A DNA stretch of 64,000 bases, taken from Gemmatimonadota bacterium. Its GTDB lineage: Bacteria > Gemmatimonadota > Gemmatimonadetes > Gemmatimonadales > GWC2-71-9. The notes under the pieces were generated by a model that did no database searches, was not told the DNA's origin, and saw only the letters and a program-made list of their open reading frames with translations. The stretch is taken from NCBI GenBank assembly GCA_039588935.1, contig JBDGYW010000001.1, positions 13,659 to 77,658 on the forward strand. The letters are read 5' to 3'. The translations under genes were made by a program, and so were the position numbers. Shown here in pieces: positions 53,832 through 61,315 of the stretch (positions are counted from its first letter, which is position 1; each line of letters starts with the position of its first letter).

Positions 53832-54362
53832 CTAGGCGACCGGCCAGACTTTGGCGGCCACGACGCGGCTGAGCATACGCTTGGTTCGACTGGCGGCGAC
53901 TGGATCGAGCGCGATCCAGCGATTGGTTTGTGGCTCTAAAGCCTCGGTGAAGACGTGCGAGAACTGGCGCTGCCCATGATGGAACATGTGCCGAAACGCA
54001 ACGGTGACGATTCGCGCCCGGCCGCCCCCCATGAGCACCATGGCCGTGAGCAGCGCGCAGGAATCATCGCAGTCGAGGGACGGCTTCTTGCCACTCACAA
54101 GTTCGCGAGCGACCACGTAGGGAGCCCTGACGAGCTCGACGGTCCTGGGGTCCCGCATGTAGCGGGTGTTGCCCAGGACGAAGTAGTAGTAGGCGAGGTA
54201 CTCGTCGAGGTAGGCCTTTCCCGGCAGACCCGCGACGATCTGCTCGAGGAAGAGACGCAGGTTATAGTCACGCTGCGAGGAGAGCGCAGCGTCGATGATC
54301 ACGCCGACTGTCTGTGGAGCACCGCGGTACGGAAACTTCAGTACTCGATCGTGGCCTCGCAA
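53832..54362 (-). CDS. Transglutaminase-like cysteine peptidase fold protein (176 aa)
   Basis: ORF track. Cys-His-Asp arrangement SLDCDDSCALLTAMV ... FSHVFTEA ... IALDP, as in the transglutaminase core. Confidence 0.65.
   Translation of the reverse strand: MRGHDRVLKFPYRGAPQTVGVIIDAALSSQRDYNLRLFLEQIVAGLPGKAYLDEYLAYYYFVLGNTRYMRDPRTVELVRAPYVVARELVSGKKPSLDCDDSCALLTAMVLMGGGRARIVTVAFRHMFHHGQRQFSHVFTEALEPQTNRWIALDPVAASRTKRMLSRVVAAKVWPVA
53928..53940. repeat. 13-bp dyad copy (minus-strand reading TTTAGAGCCACAA)
   Basis: Inside CDS 53832..54362. Confidence 0.6.
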
Positions 54363-54363
54363 C

Positions 54364-56070
54364 TCATGTTTCTTCTACCGGAGAGTCGTCGGGAGGGGTC
54401 TCGGGGTCGCCGAGGTCGTCGGGAAGGTCGTCGGTCAGATCGTCTGGAGCCTCTTCGTCTGGCTCCTCCGCTGGCTCTGGCTCCTCACTGATTTCGCCAG
54501 TGAGCAGGAACTCGGCGACCTGCCTGACCCAAACTCGACCGGGTACCGTCGCAAGCGGCGAGCCCGTCTGTATTTTAGCCATCTTACCAAGGAAGACGTC
54601 AACCCCGAGCCGACGCAGGCCGTCGAGAATGTCGTCCGGCAGCATGTTGCGTGCCGTAGCGGCAAAGACGGCAGGAGGCGTGTTATTTCGGATAGCTGTC
54701 TCCATGAAGGCCACGGCCTTGGCCATGTCCTCGTCGGAAACCTCAGGGATTTCGGGCTCGCCGGCCGCGCGGCGCGCCTCCCTCTCGGCCTGTTTGGCAG
54801 CCTGCTGCTCGCGCATCTTGTCCACCACGCCCTTGGGCATCTCGACGACCCGACCGTCCTGGAGGCGCACCTGCACGAGCTGCTCGTCCTCTTCCCCCTC
54901 CGCCCCTACTCCGGCCGCCGCCCCTGCGACGCGCCCGGCGATGGCTCCGGCAATCGGCGAGTTCGTGACCATTTCCAGTGCGCGCTCCCATCCGGCCTTG
55001 TCGCCGCCGCCGCTTGGCACCAGGGCCTCGAAGGCTTCCTTGACGGTCACGAGATTCTGGATCTGATCGATTGGCCCCTGCTCCTTTCGCGTGCGGAGCG
55101 CGACTGTCTCGGTCTCGGCCTTGTTGACCTCGCGCTCCAGACGCTTCTGGATGTCCCTTAGTCCATCGATCCGCATCTCGAATCCGTGCCGCTGGGAGTC
55201 CATCGCCTGCTGGTGCGCCGACTTCAGAGTATGAACTTCTCGCTGGCAGGCCGATCGGACCTCAGCGAGTTCTCGCTCAAAGCGAGCCTCATAGCGCTTC
55301 AGCTCCTCGAGGTGGAAGTCTTCACGCCGCGCCATCCTCGCCTCGTACTGCTGGCGGATCGCTTCCAAATTGTTGGAGTGCGTGGCTTCCTTGCTCTCCA
55401 TGATCCCGAACAGGCGCTCCTGGCCGGTGTTGTCGGGCTCCTTGTTGAGAGCCTCAACCAGGCGGTCGTCCTTGTCGGCCAGGCGCTCGCGGAGTGCCTT
55501 CATCTCCTCGCGCATCGGGGCGAGGATCAACTCCAACATCTCCAGGTCCTTACCTCCGCTATCGGCGCGGCTATCACGGAGTTGTCGCGCTTCTTCGCGG
55601 GATTCACGTACTTGCTGGGTCATGACGTTCATCGCCTGGCTCGCGAGGCCCTGATTCTCGCCGTTGCTGCTCGCCTGCTGCTCGTCTTCTTCGTCGTCGG
55701 CGTTGAGTAGGGAGTCCAGTTTTGGCGCTCCGGCAACGTCGAAGGTCCGACCCTCGATGTAGCCCCACCGACGTTTCTTGGTCTTCGGGTCCCTGCGGTA
55801 GCCCTCGACCCGAATCTGGAACTTGCCACCACCGTGTTCTTCCTTGATGCGATCGACGGTGACCGGTTCCTGGTAGGTTTCGAGTGCGCCGTCGACCTTC
55901 ACGCCGCGGTGTTTCGTCGGCGACAGGCGTGCGAGCCGCACCTTGATTTCGCCCGTGGCCCCGAACTGCTGGATCCACTCGTAGAGATCCTTGTCGGTTT
56001 CGCGCTGGATGTCACCGATCGGGTCATCCTTCGCGTCTGGTTCGTCAGTCTTTTGCGTCGTCGCTGCCAT
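54364..56070 (-). CDS. Large coiled-coil protein with an acidic C-terminus (568 aa), scaffold-like (inference)
   Basis: ORF track 54364..56112. ATG 56070 (MAATTQ) preferred. About 250 aa of heptad-like E/R/K/L sequence and a D/E/P-rich tail. Confidence 0.7.
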   Translation of the reverse strand: MAATTQKTDEPDAKDDPIGDIQRETDKDLYEWIQQFGATGEIKVRLARLSPTKHRGVKVDGALETYQEPVTVDRIKEEHGGGKFQIRVEGYRRDPKTKKRRWGYIEGRTFDVAGAPKLDSLLNADDEEDEQQASSNGENQGLASQAMNVMTQQVRESREEARQLRDSRADSGGKDLEMLELILAPMREEMKALRERLADKDDRLVEALNKEPDNTGQERLFGIMESKEATHSNNLEAIRQQYEARMARREDFHLEELKRYEARFERELAEVRSACQREVHTLKSAHQQAMDSQRHGFEMRIDGLRDIQKRLEREVNKAETETVALRTRKEQGPIDQIQNLVTVKEAFEALVPSGGGDKAGWERALEMVTNSPIAGAIAGRVAGAAAGVGAEGEEDEQLVQVRLQDGRVVEMPKGVVDKMREQQAAKQAEREARRAAGEPEIPEVSDEDMAKAVAFMETAIRNNTPPAVFAATARNMLPDDILDGLRRLGVDVFLGKMAKIQTGSPLATVPGRVWVRQVAEFLLTGEISEEPEPAEEPDEEAPDDLTDDLPDDLGDPETPPDDSPVEET

Positions 56071-56497
56071 CGGGCTCCTCCTCCTCCTCGTCCTCTTCTT
56101 CCACCAGAACATCGTCGACCATCTGGATCATGACGGCCGCCGAGTCACGGAAGGTCTGGATGAGCATCATCAGCTCTGGCTCGGGTGGATTCTCTGGGCT
56201 CGCACCCTTGGTCGCGTACTCGCAGAGCTGCATGCCGAGCGCAACCGTTGTTTGAATTCGGGCCGCGAGCCGTTGATGGATTCGATCATCGCTGCCGGTG
56301 ATCATCTCCGCGACTGCTCCCTCGCAGAGGTCTAGCCGCTCATTGACGTTCTTCTCCAGCTTGGCTTGGCTCTGCGCGAGCAGTTTCAGGAGCGGGTAGA
56401 CATTTCCGAGAAACTCGGCCTTCTGATCGATGATCGCGGCGTTACTCAGCCTGCTGATCGACGCATCGATCTCCGTCTGAATCGTCTCTGCTTTCAT
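56045..56497 (-). CDS. Hypothetical acidic helical protein (150 aa)
   Basis: Tail of track ORF 56045..56785. ATG 56497 behind GGAGGACGA (56503-56511). Confidence 0.65.
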   Translation of the reverse strand: MKAETIQTEIDASISRLSNAAIIDQKAEFLGNVYPLLKLLAQSQAKLEKNVNERLDLCEGAVAEMITGSDDRIHQRLAARIQTTVALGMQLCEYATKGASPENPPEPELMMLIQTFRDSAAVMIQMVDDVLVEEEDEEEEEPDGSDDAKD

Positions 56498-57011
56498 TCT
56501 CGTCGTCCTCCTCCTCGTCGTCGTCCAGGTCGAGGTCGTCGTCCAGGTCGGGCAAGTCCGTTGGACGTACGGGTCGGTGTTTCGGGTGCTGGGCGAAGTA
56601 CTTCTTGCGCCGCTTCTCCAGCTTGCGCAGCTCGCGCTTGGTGAACGGATCCCAGCGGTCACAGTCCAGGACTGGCGAATCTCCTGATAGCTCCAGGTAG
56701 ACGCCTGGCTGGATGATGCAGCAGCGGTGATGTTCTTGTGGCCGGTAGTCCTCGAGCCCGAGGGCCTCGAAGGTACCGCCCGCATTGCCGTGATCGAAGT
56801 GCGACATGACGTGTAGGTAGTAGCGGCAGTTTCGCTCGCAGGGGCAGTTCTGTGGGGTGTGGGGTGGCCCTGGCTCCGGCGGACTGATGAGGTTCACGGC
56901 CTCCGGCGTTGGGCCTCCGTCCGGCGCGGGCGGTCCCCAGGTCGCTGGCTCCCCCTCTTCGAGTGCTCCGGCAGGTCGAGCTACCCCATCAGGATCATCG
57001 TGTCCCTTCAT
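56442..57011 (-). CDS. First gene of the leftward array: Cys/His-rich N-half, basic then poly-acidic C-half (189 aa)
   Basis: ORF track 56442..57032 trimmed to ATG 57011 behind GGAAGGAGATCC. Overlaps the next gene by 56 nt. Confidence 0.6.
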   Translation of the reverse strand: MKGHDDPDGVARPAGALEEGEPATWGPPAPDGGPTPEAVNLISPPEPGPPHTPQNCPCERNCRYYLHVMSHFDHGNAGGTFEALGLEDYRPQEHHRCCIIQPGVYLELSGDSPVLDCDRWDPFTKRELRKLEKRRKKYFAQHPKHRPVRPTDLPDLDDDLDLDDDEEEDDENESRDDSDGDRCVDQQAE

Positions 57012-57047
57012 GGATCTCCTTCCGCCGGCCAATGTACACGACCTGAG

Positions 57048-57060
57048 TTCAGACTCGCAA
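57048..57060. promoter_or_regulatory. 13-bp dyad copy TTCAGACTCGCAA
   Basis: 37 nt upstream of ATG 57011 (opposite strand). Confidence 0.6.
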
Positions 57061-57066
57061 GCACCC

Positions 57067-57122
57067 CCCGCAGTTCAGCCGCACATTATCTGCAAAAGAT
57101 CCGCAGATCACCCGCAGTTCAG
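57067..57122 (+). repeat. 12-bp direct repeat CCCGCAGTTCAG x2 flanking the small palindrome ATCTGC-N9-GCAGAT
   Basis: Copies at 57067-57078 and 57111-57122. Confidence 0.7.
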
Positions 57123-57208
57123 ATGACAGTCGGGCGTCTCTGACTTTGAAGACGACCGAGGGATGCGTCTCGCGCCGTTCCTGCGGGCCGCAAGACGCAC
57201 CTCTCCCG

Positions 57209-57638
57209 CCCGGTTTTGAGCCGTCTTACCGGGGCCCGCAACCACCGGAATCCGCAGGGTCAGCGGCCAGGGCCCGCGGTCGCACCGGGGACACCCCCAC
57301 CGGGAGGCACAAAAACCGACATGTCGGATACGCTCGCCCGGTGGCCACCCGTAGCAAGAACTATGCCAGCCCGGTTTAGACTCGCAATCGCCCCACACCA
57401 GCCTACACTGGCCCCGGTTGAGGATTCGTCACTTCCCGGTGAGAATTCACCACAAATCCGGTGAAAAGTTGACACCTACAGGTAGGCGCCCGGTGATTAC
57501 GCGGGGTTACCCGGTTGGTCCCCGGATTGCACTACCCTTGGTTGGACCCATGTCCCACCTTTACCGACAGCTGGCCCCGGTGGCCAGTTCCCGCCCCCCG
57601 GTAACGCGCTGCGTTACCCCTGGTGTGGGCCCCGGTGC
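57209..57638 (+). repeat. Array of 12 same-orientation CCCGGT-type hexamers, preceded by 4 inverted copies
   Basis: Direct copies start at 57209, 57337, 57370, 57413, 57435, 57457 (TCCGGT), 57489, 57510, 57521 (CCCGGA), 57576, 57597 and 57631. Inverted ACCGGR copies start at 57228, 57244, 57284 and 57299. Confidence 0.8.
57375..57387. promoter_or_regulatory. 13-bp dyad copy TTTAGACTCGCAA
   Basis: Inside the non-coding control region, overlapping CCCGGT copy 57370. Confidence 0.6.
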
Positions 57639-57670
57639 AATGGGTGGGGAATTGTCCTGCATCCCCGGGC

Positions 57671-57782
57671 GCGCCCCATGCGCCCCACGACGCGCCCCGA
57701 CCGACCGCCCCCCCGCGGTCAGCGGTCGGGCCCCGCGCGCGTCGTGGGGCCTGTGGGGGGCCCCACGGGGGCCTGTGGGGGG
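57671..57782 (+). repeat. G/C-rich direct repeats: GCGCCCC x3 and GGGGCCTGTGGGGGG x2
   Basis: GCGCCCC at 57671, 57680 and 57692. GGGGCCTGTGGGGGG at 57746-57760 and 57768-57782. A partial inverted copy CCCCCACAGG lies near 57861. Confidence 0.75.
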
Positions 57783-57896
57783 CGCGTTGCCCCCTACCCC
57801 TACCGCGCAACTCGACGCGACGCGGCAACTGTAGGGGTTTGTCATACATGCCGCAACCGTCCCCCACAGGGGGGCGGCGATAGGAGGGTTCTGCAA

Positions 57897-58160
57897 ATGT
57901 CCGATACCAAGAAGTCCGATACCAAGAAGTCCGACAGCGAGACTACCCTGGCAAAGGCTCCCGCTCTGTTGTCAGAGGTACGCCCGGCCCGCGTGATTGC
58001 CGCGGACGCGGTTCTTTTCGCCCCGGTGGGGGACGGTTCCGTTTCCGTCGAAATCAGCGGTTCCGACCTGAAACGGCTGACGCTGCGCGCCCTGTCGGCC
58101 GAATTCGTGCGGCCCGGCGTTCGCGCCGCTGTCGAAGCCTGGAAGGCCTCCAAGAAGTAG
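57897..58160 (+). CDS. Hypothetical protein (87 aa) with an N-terminal SDTKK tandem repeat
   Basis: ORF track 57678..58160 trimmed to ATG 57897 behind TAGGAGGG. Followed by a strong terminator. Confidence 0.6.
   Translation: MSDTKKSDTKKSDSETTLAKAPALLSEVRPARVIAADAVLFAPVGDGSVSVEISGSDLKRLTLRALSAEFVRPGVRAAVEAWKASKK
57900..57929 (+). repeat. Perfect 15-bp tandem duplication TCCGATACCAAGAAG x2
   Basis: Codons 2-11 of CDS 57897..58160. A third partial copy follows. Confidence 0.85.
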
Positions 58161-58200
58161 GCGCGCCTACATAGCCCGCGACCGGCCCGCTCCCGCGACT

Positions 58201-58232
58201 GGCCCGCCCCTTACCGGGGGGCGGGCCTTTTT
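58201..58232 (+). terminator. Rho-independent terminator
   Basis: GGCCCGCCCC (58201-58210) pairs with GGGGCGGGCC (58218-58227), followed by TTTTT (58228-58232). Confidence 0.75.
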
Positions 58233-58339
58233 CGTGGGCTAACGCCGGGGCGCGCCCGGGAATTGCACCGGGGCGCCCCGGGGTTGGCCCACCCGTGCGC
58301 CTATGGGGGGCGCACAAACGGCCGTTGGAGGGTTCTATC

Positions 58340-58522
58340 ATGGCGAAACTGCCCAAGAAAACCACGGTTGCGCGGGCGATTCAGGACTTCTTCGGCTGCA
58401 ACCGGCGCGAGATTCTTGCGCTCACGCGCCGCGAACGGCTGGATTTGGCACGCGCCGCTGCCGAGGTGCGCGGCGAGCTGCTCAAGGACGCGGACGAGTA
58501 CCCCGTTGCCGACCCGGCGTAG
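58340..58522 (+). CDS. Hypothetical protein (60 aa)
   Basis: ORF track 58295..58522 trimmed to ATG 58340 behind GGAGGGTTCT, the same leader as 57897. Confidence 0.6.
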   Translation: MAKLPKKTTVARAIQDFFGCNRREILALTRRERLDLARAAAEVRGELLKDADEYPVADPA

Positions 58523-58534
58523 TACCATCTGCGC

Positions 58535-59476
58535 ATGGCACGCCGCGACGACGACCCCCGCGCTCACCTGAAACGCATCCAACGGCAGCTGGCGCGCGGC
58601 GGCCGTCCGAAACTCAAGCCAGCCAGCAAGCTGGCGCGTCTCTACGATGACTTGCGCGACCAGGCCGTCGCCGATTGGGCCGAGTCCCAACGGAAACGCG
58701 CCCTCGACGGCCTCGAGCCGGAAGCCCCGGCCGCTGTGCGCGAGCGCCAGGAGGTGGAGCGGATCTCCGCCTCCGACTTCCTGGACGTGCTCGCCGACCA
58801 GGGCGAGGCAATCTCCGGCGCGCTGACGTCGGCGATGCTCGATCCCGAGGTGGCGGAGCTCTATCGGCCATGGGTCGAAAACGCCGAACACCCGGTGCTC
58901 GCTTTCGAGGCAGTGATCAGCCAGCCATTCGAGGCCTGGACGGGCGACATCGTACTCGGCGATCCGCCCGACCCCAATCGGCTCAAAGCCTACCTCTTGC
59001 AGCACGCGATCGAGTTGCGCGCGACTCTCGAAGAACGGCCCGCGAAGGAACTCGCCGCGGAGCTGTCCGCGATCCTCGCTGAACCGGAGTACGAACCGAA
59101 GCGTGGGCCATCGATGCTTGCGCCTGGACAGTGGCGCGGGCTTCCGTCAGGCATCGGCAAAGATCCGGGAACCTACTCCGTTTTCCTCGCCCCCGATGAC
59201 AAGCGCTTTTGGGCCTACGCCAAGCGAGTCCGCTCACGTGAGCAACGCCGCGCTCGCGACCGCCAGAAGGTCTTCGACAAGGCACTCGCGGAAATCCGCT
59301 CGAAGGGGGGCGACGAGCGGCGCGCGATCTTCTGGGTGCGCGTCCACAACCGCATGATGCAGCTCGCCGACAGGCTCGCCCGCAAGCGGCGTAAGCACAA
59401 GCGGGAGTACTTCGGAGGCATGTCGCGCGCTGGGACCTATCACGCAGGTCATCGCCGCAAACGCAAGCGGCGCTAA
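58535..59476 (+). CDS. Hypothetical protein (313 aa) with a very basic C-terminus
   Basis: ORF track. The C-terminal 60 aa are rich in R/K (KRRKHKREY...HRRKRKRR). Confidence 0.7.
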   Translation: MARRDDDPRAHLKRIQRQLARGGRPKLKPASKLARLYDDLRDQAVADWAESQRKRALDGLEPEAPAAVRERQEVERISASDFLDVLADQGEAISGALTSAMLDPEVAELYRPWVENAEHPVLAFEAVISQPFEAWTGDIVLGDPPDPNRLKAYLLQHAIELRATLEERPAKELAAELSAILAEPEYEPKRGPSMLAPGQWRGLPSGIGKDPGTYSVFLAPDDKRFWAYAKRVRSREQRRARDRQKVFDKALAEIRSKGGDERRAIFWVRVHNRMMQLADRLARKRRKHKREYFGGMSRAGTYHAGHRRKRKRR

Positions 59477-59567
59477 CGTTCGGCCGTGGTGGGCAGAACG
59501 GGCCCGCGAGCGCAGTCTAGCTCCTACTGCGTTCGCGGGCTCACTTGTGTCGACCAAGGAGGACAAA

Positions 59568-60044
59568 ATGGCAGAAAATAGAGGCTGGAAGGTGATCGGC
59601 CGTGGGAAGAACGGCTGGCACGCGGACAACGGGACCACATCGCTATCCGGCGCCTACGCGGAGGGACGTGGCATCGAGCTGGCCGCGGAGGCCGCCGAGG
59701 GCGCGCTGGTCTACGACGCGAAGGACGCCGACGAGGGCCAGTTCATCAGACTGGTCATGGCCGGACCGATGTGCTGCTGCAAGCTCGATCCCGACAGCTA
59801 CGACAAGCTCGACGGCAAGACGCGCAAGGCAGCCTTGCGCATGGCCCCGCTCATGGAGGGGTCGTTCAAACAGTACGCGCTCATGGCACAGAACCCCAGG
59901 TTCGGTGGGCTCGACCAGGTCGGCGTGCATATCTACGAGGGTCTGCTTCGCCAGGTCGACGGCATGCGTATCGGTCACGTCAAGAACGGCGAGATCGTCT
60001 GGGAAGAGCCAGGGCCGGAAGCGCAGTTGGAGCTTCTGTCATGA
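59568..60044 (+). CDS. Hypothetical protein (158 aa)
   Basis: ORF track 59547..60044 trimmed to ATG 59568 behind AAGGAGGACAAA. Confidence 0.7.
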   Translation: MAENRGWKVIGRGKNGWHADNGTTSLSGAYAEGRGIELAAEAAEGALVYDAKDADEGQFIRLVMAGPMCCCKLDPDSYDKLDGKTRKAALRMAPLMEGSFKQYALMAQNPRFGGLDQVGVHIYEGLLRQVDGMRIGHVKNGEIVWEEPGPEAQLELLS

Positions 60045-60241
60045 AGATGCACCCGTCGATCACGAGCGAGCGCGTCATGTCGGCTGTGCGCGAGTCGATG
60101 TTCGACCTTGCCAACCCGGGCTTCTGCATCAATTGCGGCGCGGACGCGGATGGATGCGAGCCGGACATGCGCCGAGGCAAGTGCGATAGCTGCAATACCT
60201 ACAAGGTGTACGGCGCGGAAGAACTGCTGATCTACATCTAG
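60041..60241 (+). CDS. Small zinc-ribbon protein (66 aa)
   Basis: Tail of track ORF 59771..60241. ATG 60041 (ATGA overlap). CINCG...CDSC. Confidence 0.6.
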   Translation: MKMHPSITSERVMSAVRESMFDLANPGFCINCGADADGCEPDMRRGKCDSCNTYKVYGAEELLIYI

Positions 60242-60258
60242 ACCGGGGTTGCGGGCAC

Positions 60259-60271
60259 TTGTGGCTCGCAA
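60259..60271. promoter_or_regulatory. 13-bp dyad copy TTGTGGCTCGCAA
   Basis: Intergenic. Its right half begins the left arm of a 21-bp inverted repeat. Confidence 0.55.
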
Positions 60272-60360
60272 CTGCGCGCGGGGCCCAAACTGACGATAGG
60301 CGTTGTGCCTGTTCGCCAGAATTTAAAGTTGGAATGAGATTGGGCCCCGCGCGGAGTTGC
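60268..60360 (+). other. Long inverted repeat (21-bp arms, 1 mismatch, 51-nt loop)
   Basis: GCAACTGCGCGCGGGGCCCAA (60268-60288) pairs with TTGGGCCCCGCGCGGAGTTGC (60340-60360). Ends 3 nt before the AAGGAGGAC RBS region of 60379. Confidence 0.7.
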
Positions 60361-60378
60361 GAAATCAAGGAGGACACC

Positions 60379-60822
60379 ATGAGAGAGTATGAGATACACG
60401 GCCGAATCGGCTGCTGGGATGATTTGCGAGGCCTCGGGATTCACGCACTGACCGGCGAAGCGTGCGGCTGGAGCCTGCGATTGCTCTGCGACGTGACCGC
60501 GCGCGGAAAACAGGTGGTCGAACGCTTCCTCGGTGGGAACGTGACGATCGCGGCCGAAAGCAACTGGAACGGCGGATCGGACGGCGAGGAGCACGTCGGA
60601 AGCGTCATGCTGCCCTGCAGCATCCTGCCGGAGCTGGCTGCGTTTGCGCTCGCGTTCCGCGGGCCCCACGGAGTTGTGATCACCAAGGACGGCGATGCAG
60701 TCGAGTACACGGGGCACTGGGACCAGGAGTTCTACCCGATTCGCCGCATCGTCCGCTTACCCGAGAAGCCCGCGCAGCTTGGCGACCGCAATGAGCACGC
60801 CATGAGCGGCCGGGTAATCTGA
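60379..60822 (+). CDS. Hypothetical protein (147 aa)
   Basis: ORF track 60259..60822 trimmed to ATG 60379 behind AAGGAGGACACC. Confidence 0.7.
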   Translation: MREYEIHGRIGCWDDLRGLGIHALTGEACGWSLRLLCDVTARGKQVVERFLGGNVTIAAESNWNGGSDGEEHVGSVMLPCSILPELAAFALAFRGPHGVVITKDGDAVEYTGHWDQEFYPIRRIVRLPEKPAQLGDRNEHAMSGRVI

Positions 60823-61118
60823 TGCCCTGGATCATCGATCGCGACTACATCTCGTCCGGCGAAGATCGCGTTCCGTCCAAGAAGGGAACGAATGCCTTCG
60901 CCGTTGGCGTCTGTTCGCGCTCCTGGCTGAAGCTCACTTCCGAGCAACGCAAGAAGGCGACCGCGCGGTTCCGCATGCTCGATGACGACGGCAACGTCTA
61001 CTACGGTGGGCGCTGCACTGCCGACGTTGAGTTTCAGCCGCTCGACGACTTTGGCATGCCGAATGCCGGCTGCACGACGATCCAATTTCGCGAAAACGGA
61101 GAGTGGAGGACACTGTAA
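60822..61118 (+). CDS. Hypothetical protein (98 aa)
   Basis: ORF track. 1-nt overlap (TGATG). Confidence 0.65.
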   Translation: MPWIIDRDYISSGEDRVPSKKGTNAFAVGVCSRSWLKLTSEQRKKATARFRMLDDDGNVYYGGRCTADVEFQPLDDFGMPNAGCTTIQFRENGEWRTL

Positions 61119-61315
61119 TGAAACGCTACTGGATCCTGTGGACTTACATTGCCAACTACAATTCGATTCCGCTGACGGTGACTGCGGATTCACCAATGCG
61201 CGCCGCCGAAGTGGTCTTCGAGGGCTTCAGTGAGGAATTTCGCGAGAAGGCAACCCTTCACATCTTCGATCGCCCCCCCGCGATGACCATTCGCAAAGGA
61301 GTGACCAATGGCTAG
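61118..61315 (+). CDS. Hypothetical protein (65 aa)
   Basis: ORF track 61103..61315 trimmed to ATG 61118 (TAATG overlap). Confidence 0.6.
   Translation: MKRYWILWTYIANYNSIPLTVTADSPMRAAEVVFEGFSEEFREKATLHIFDRPPAMTIRKGVTNG

Noticed and set aside
54364-56070. Calling the 568-aa coiled-coil protein a portal, tape-measure or terminase
   Set aside because: There is no Walker motif, no TM segments and no Gly/Ala-rich tape-measure features. The sequence is mostly heptad-like E/K/R/L with an acidic tail, which fits a scaffold or structural coiled coil at best. I left it as an inference-level scaffold-like protein.
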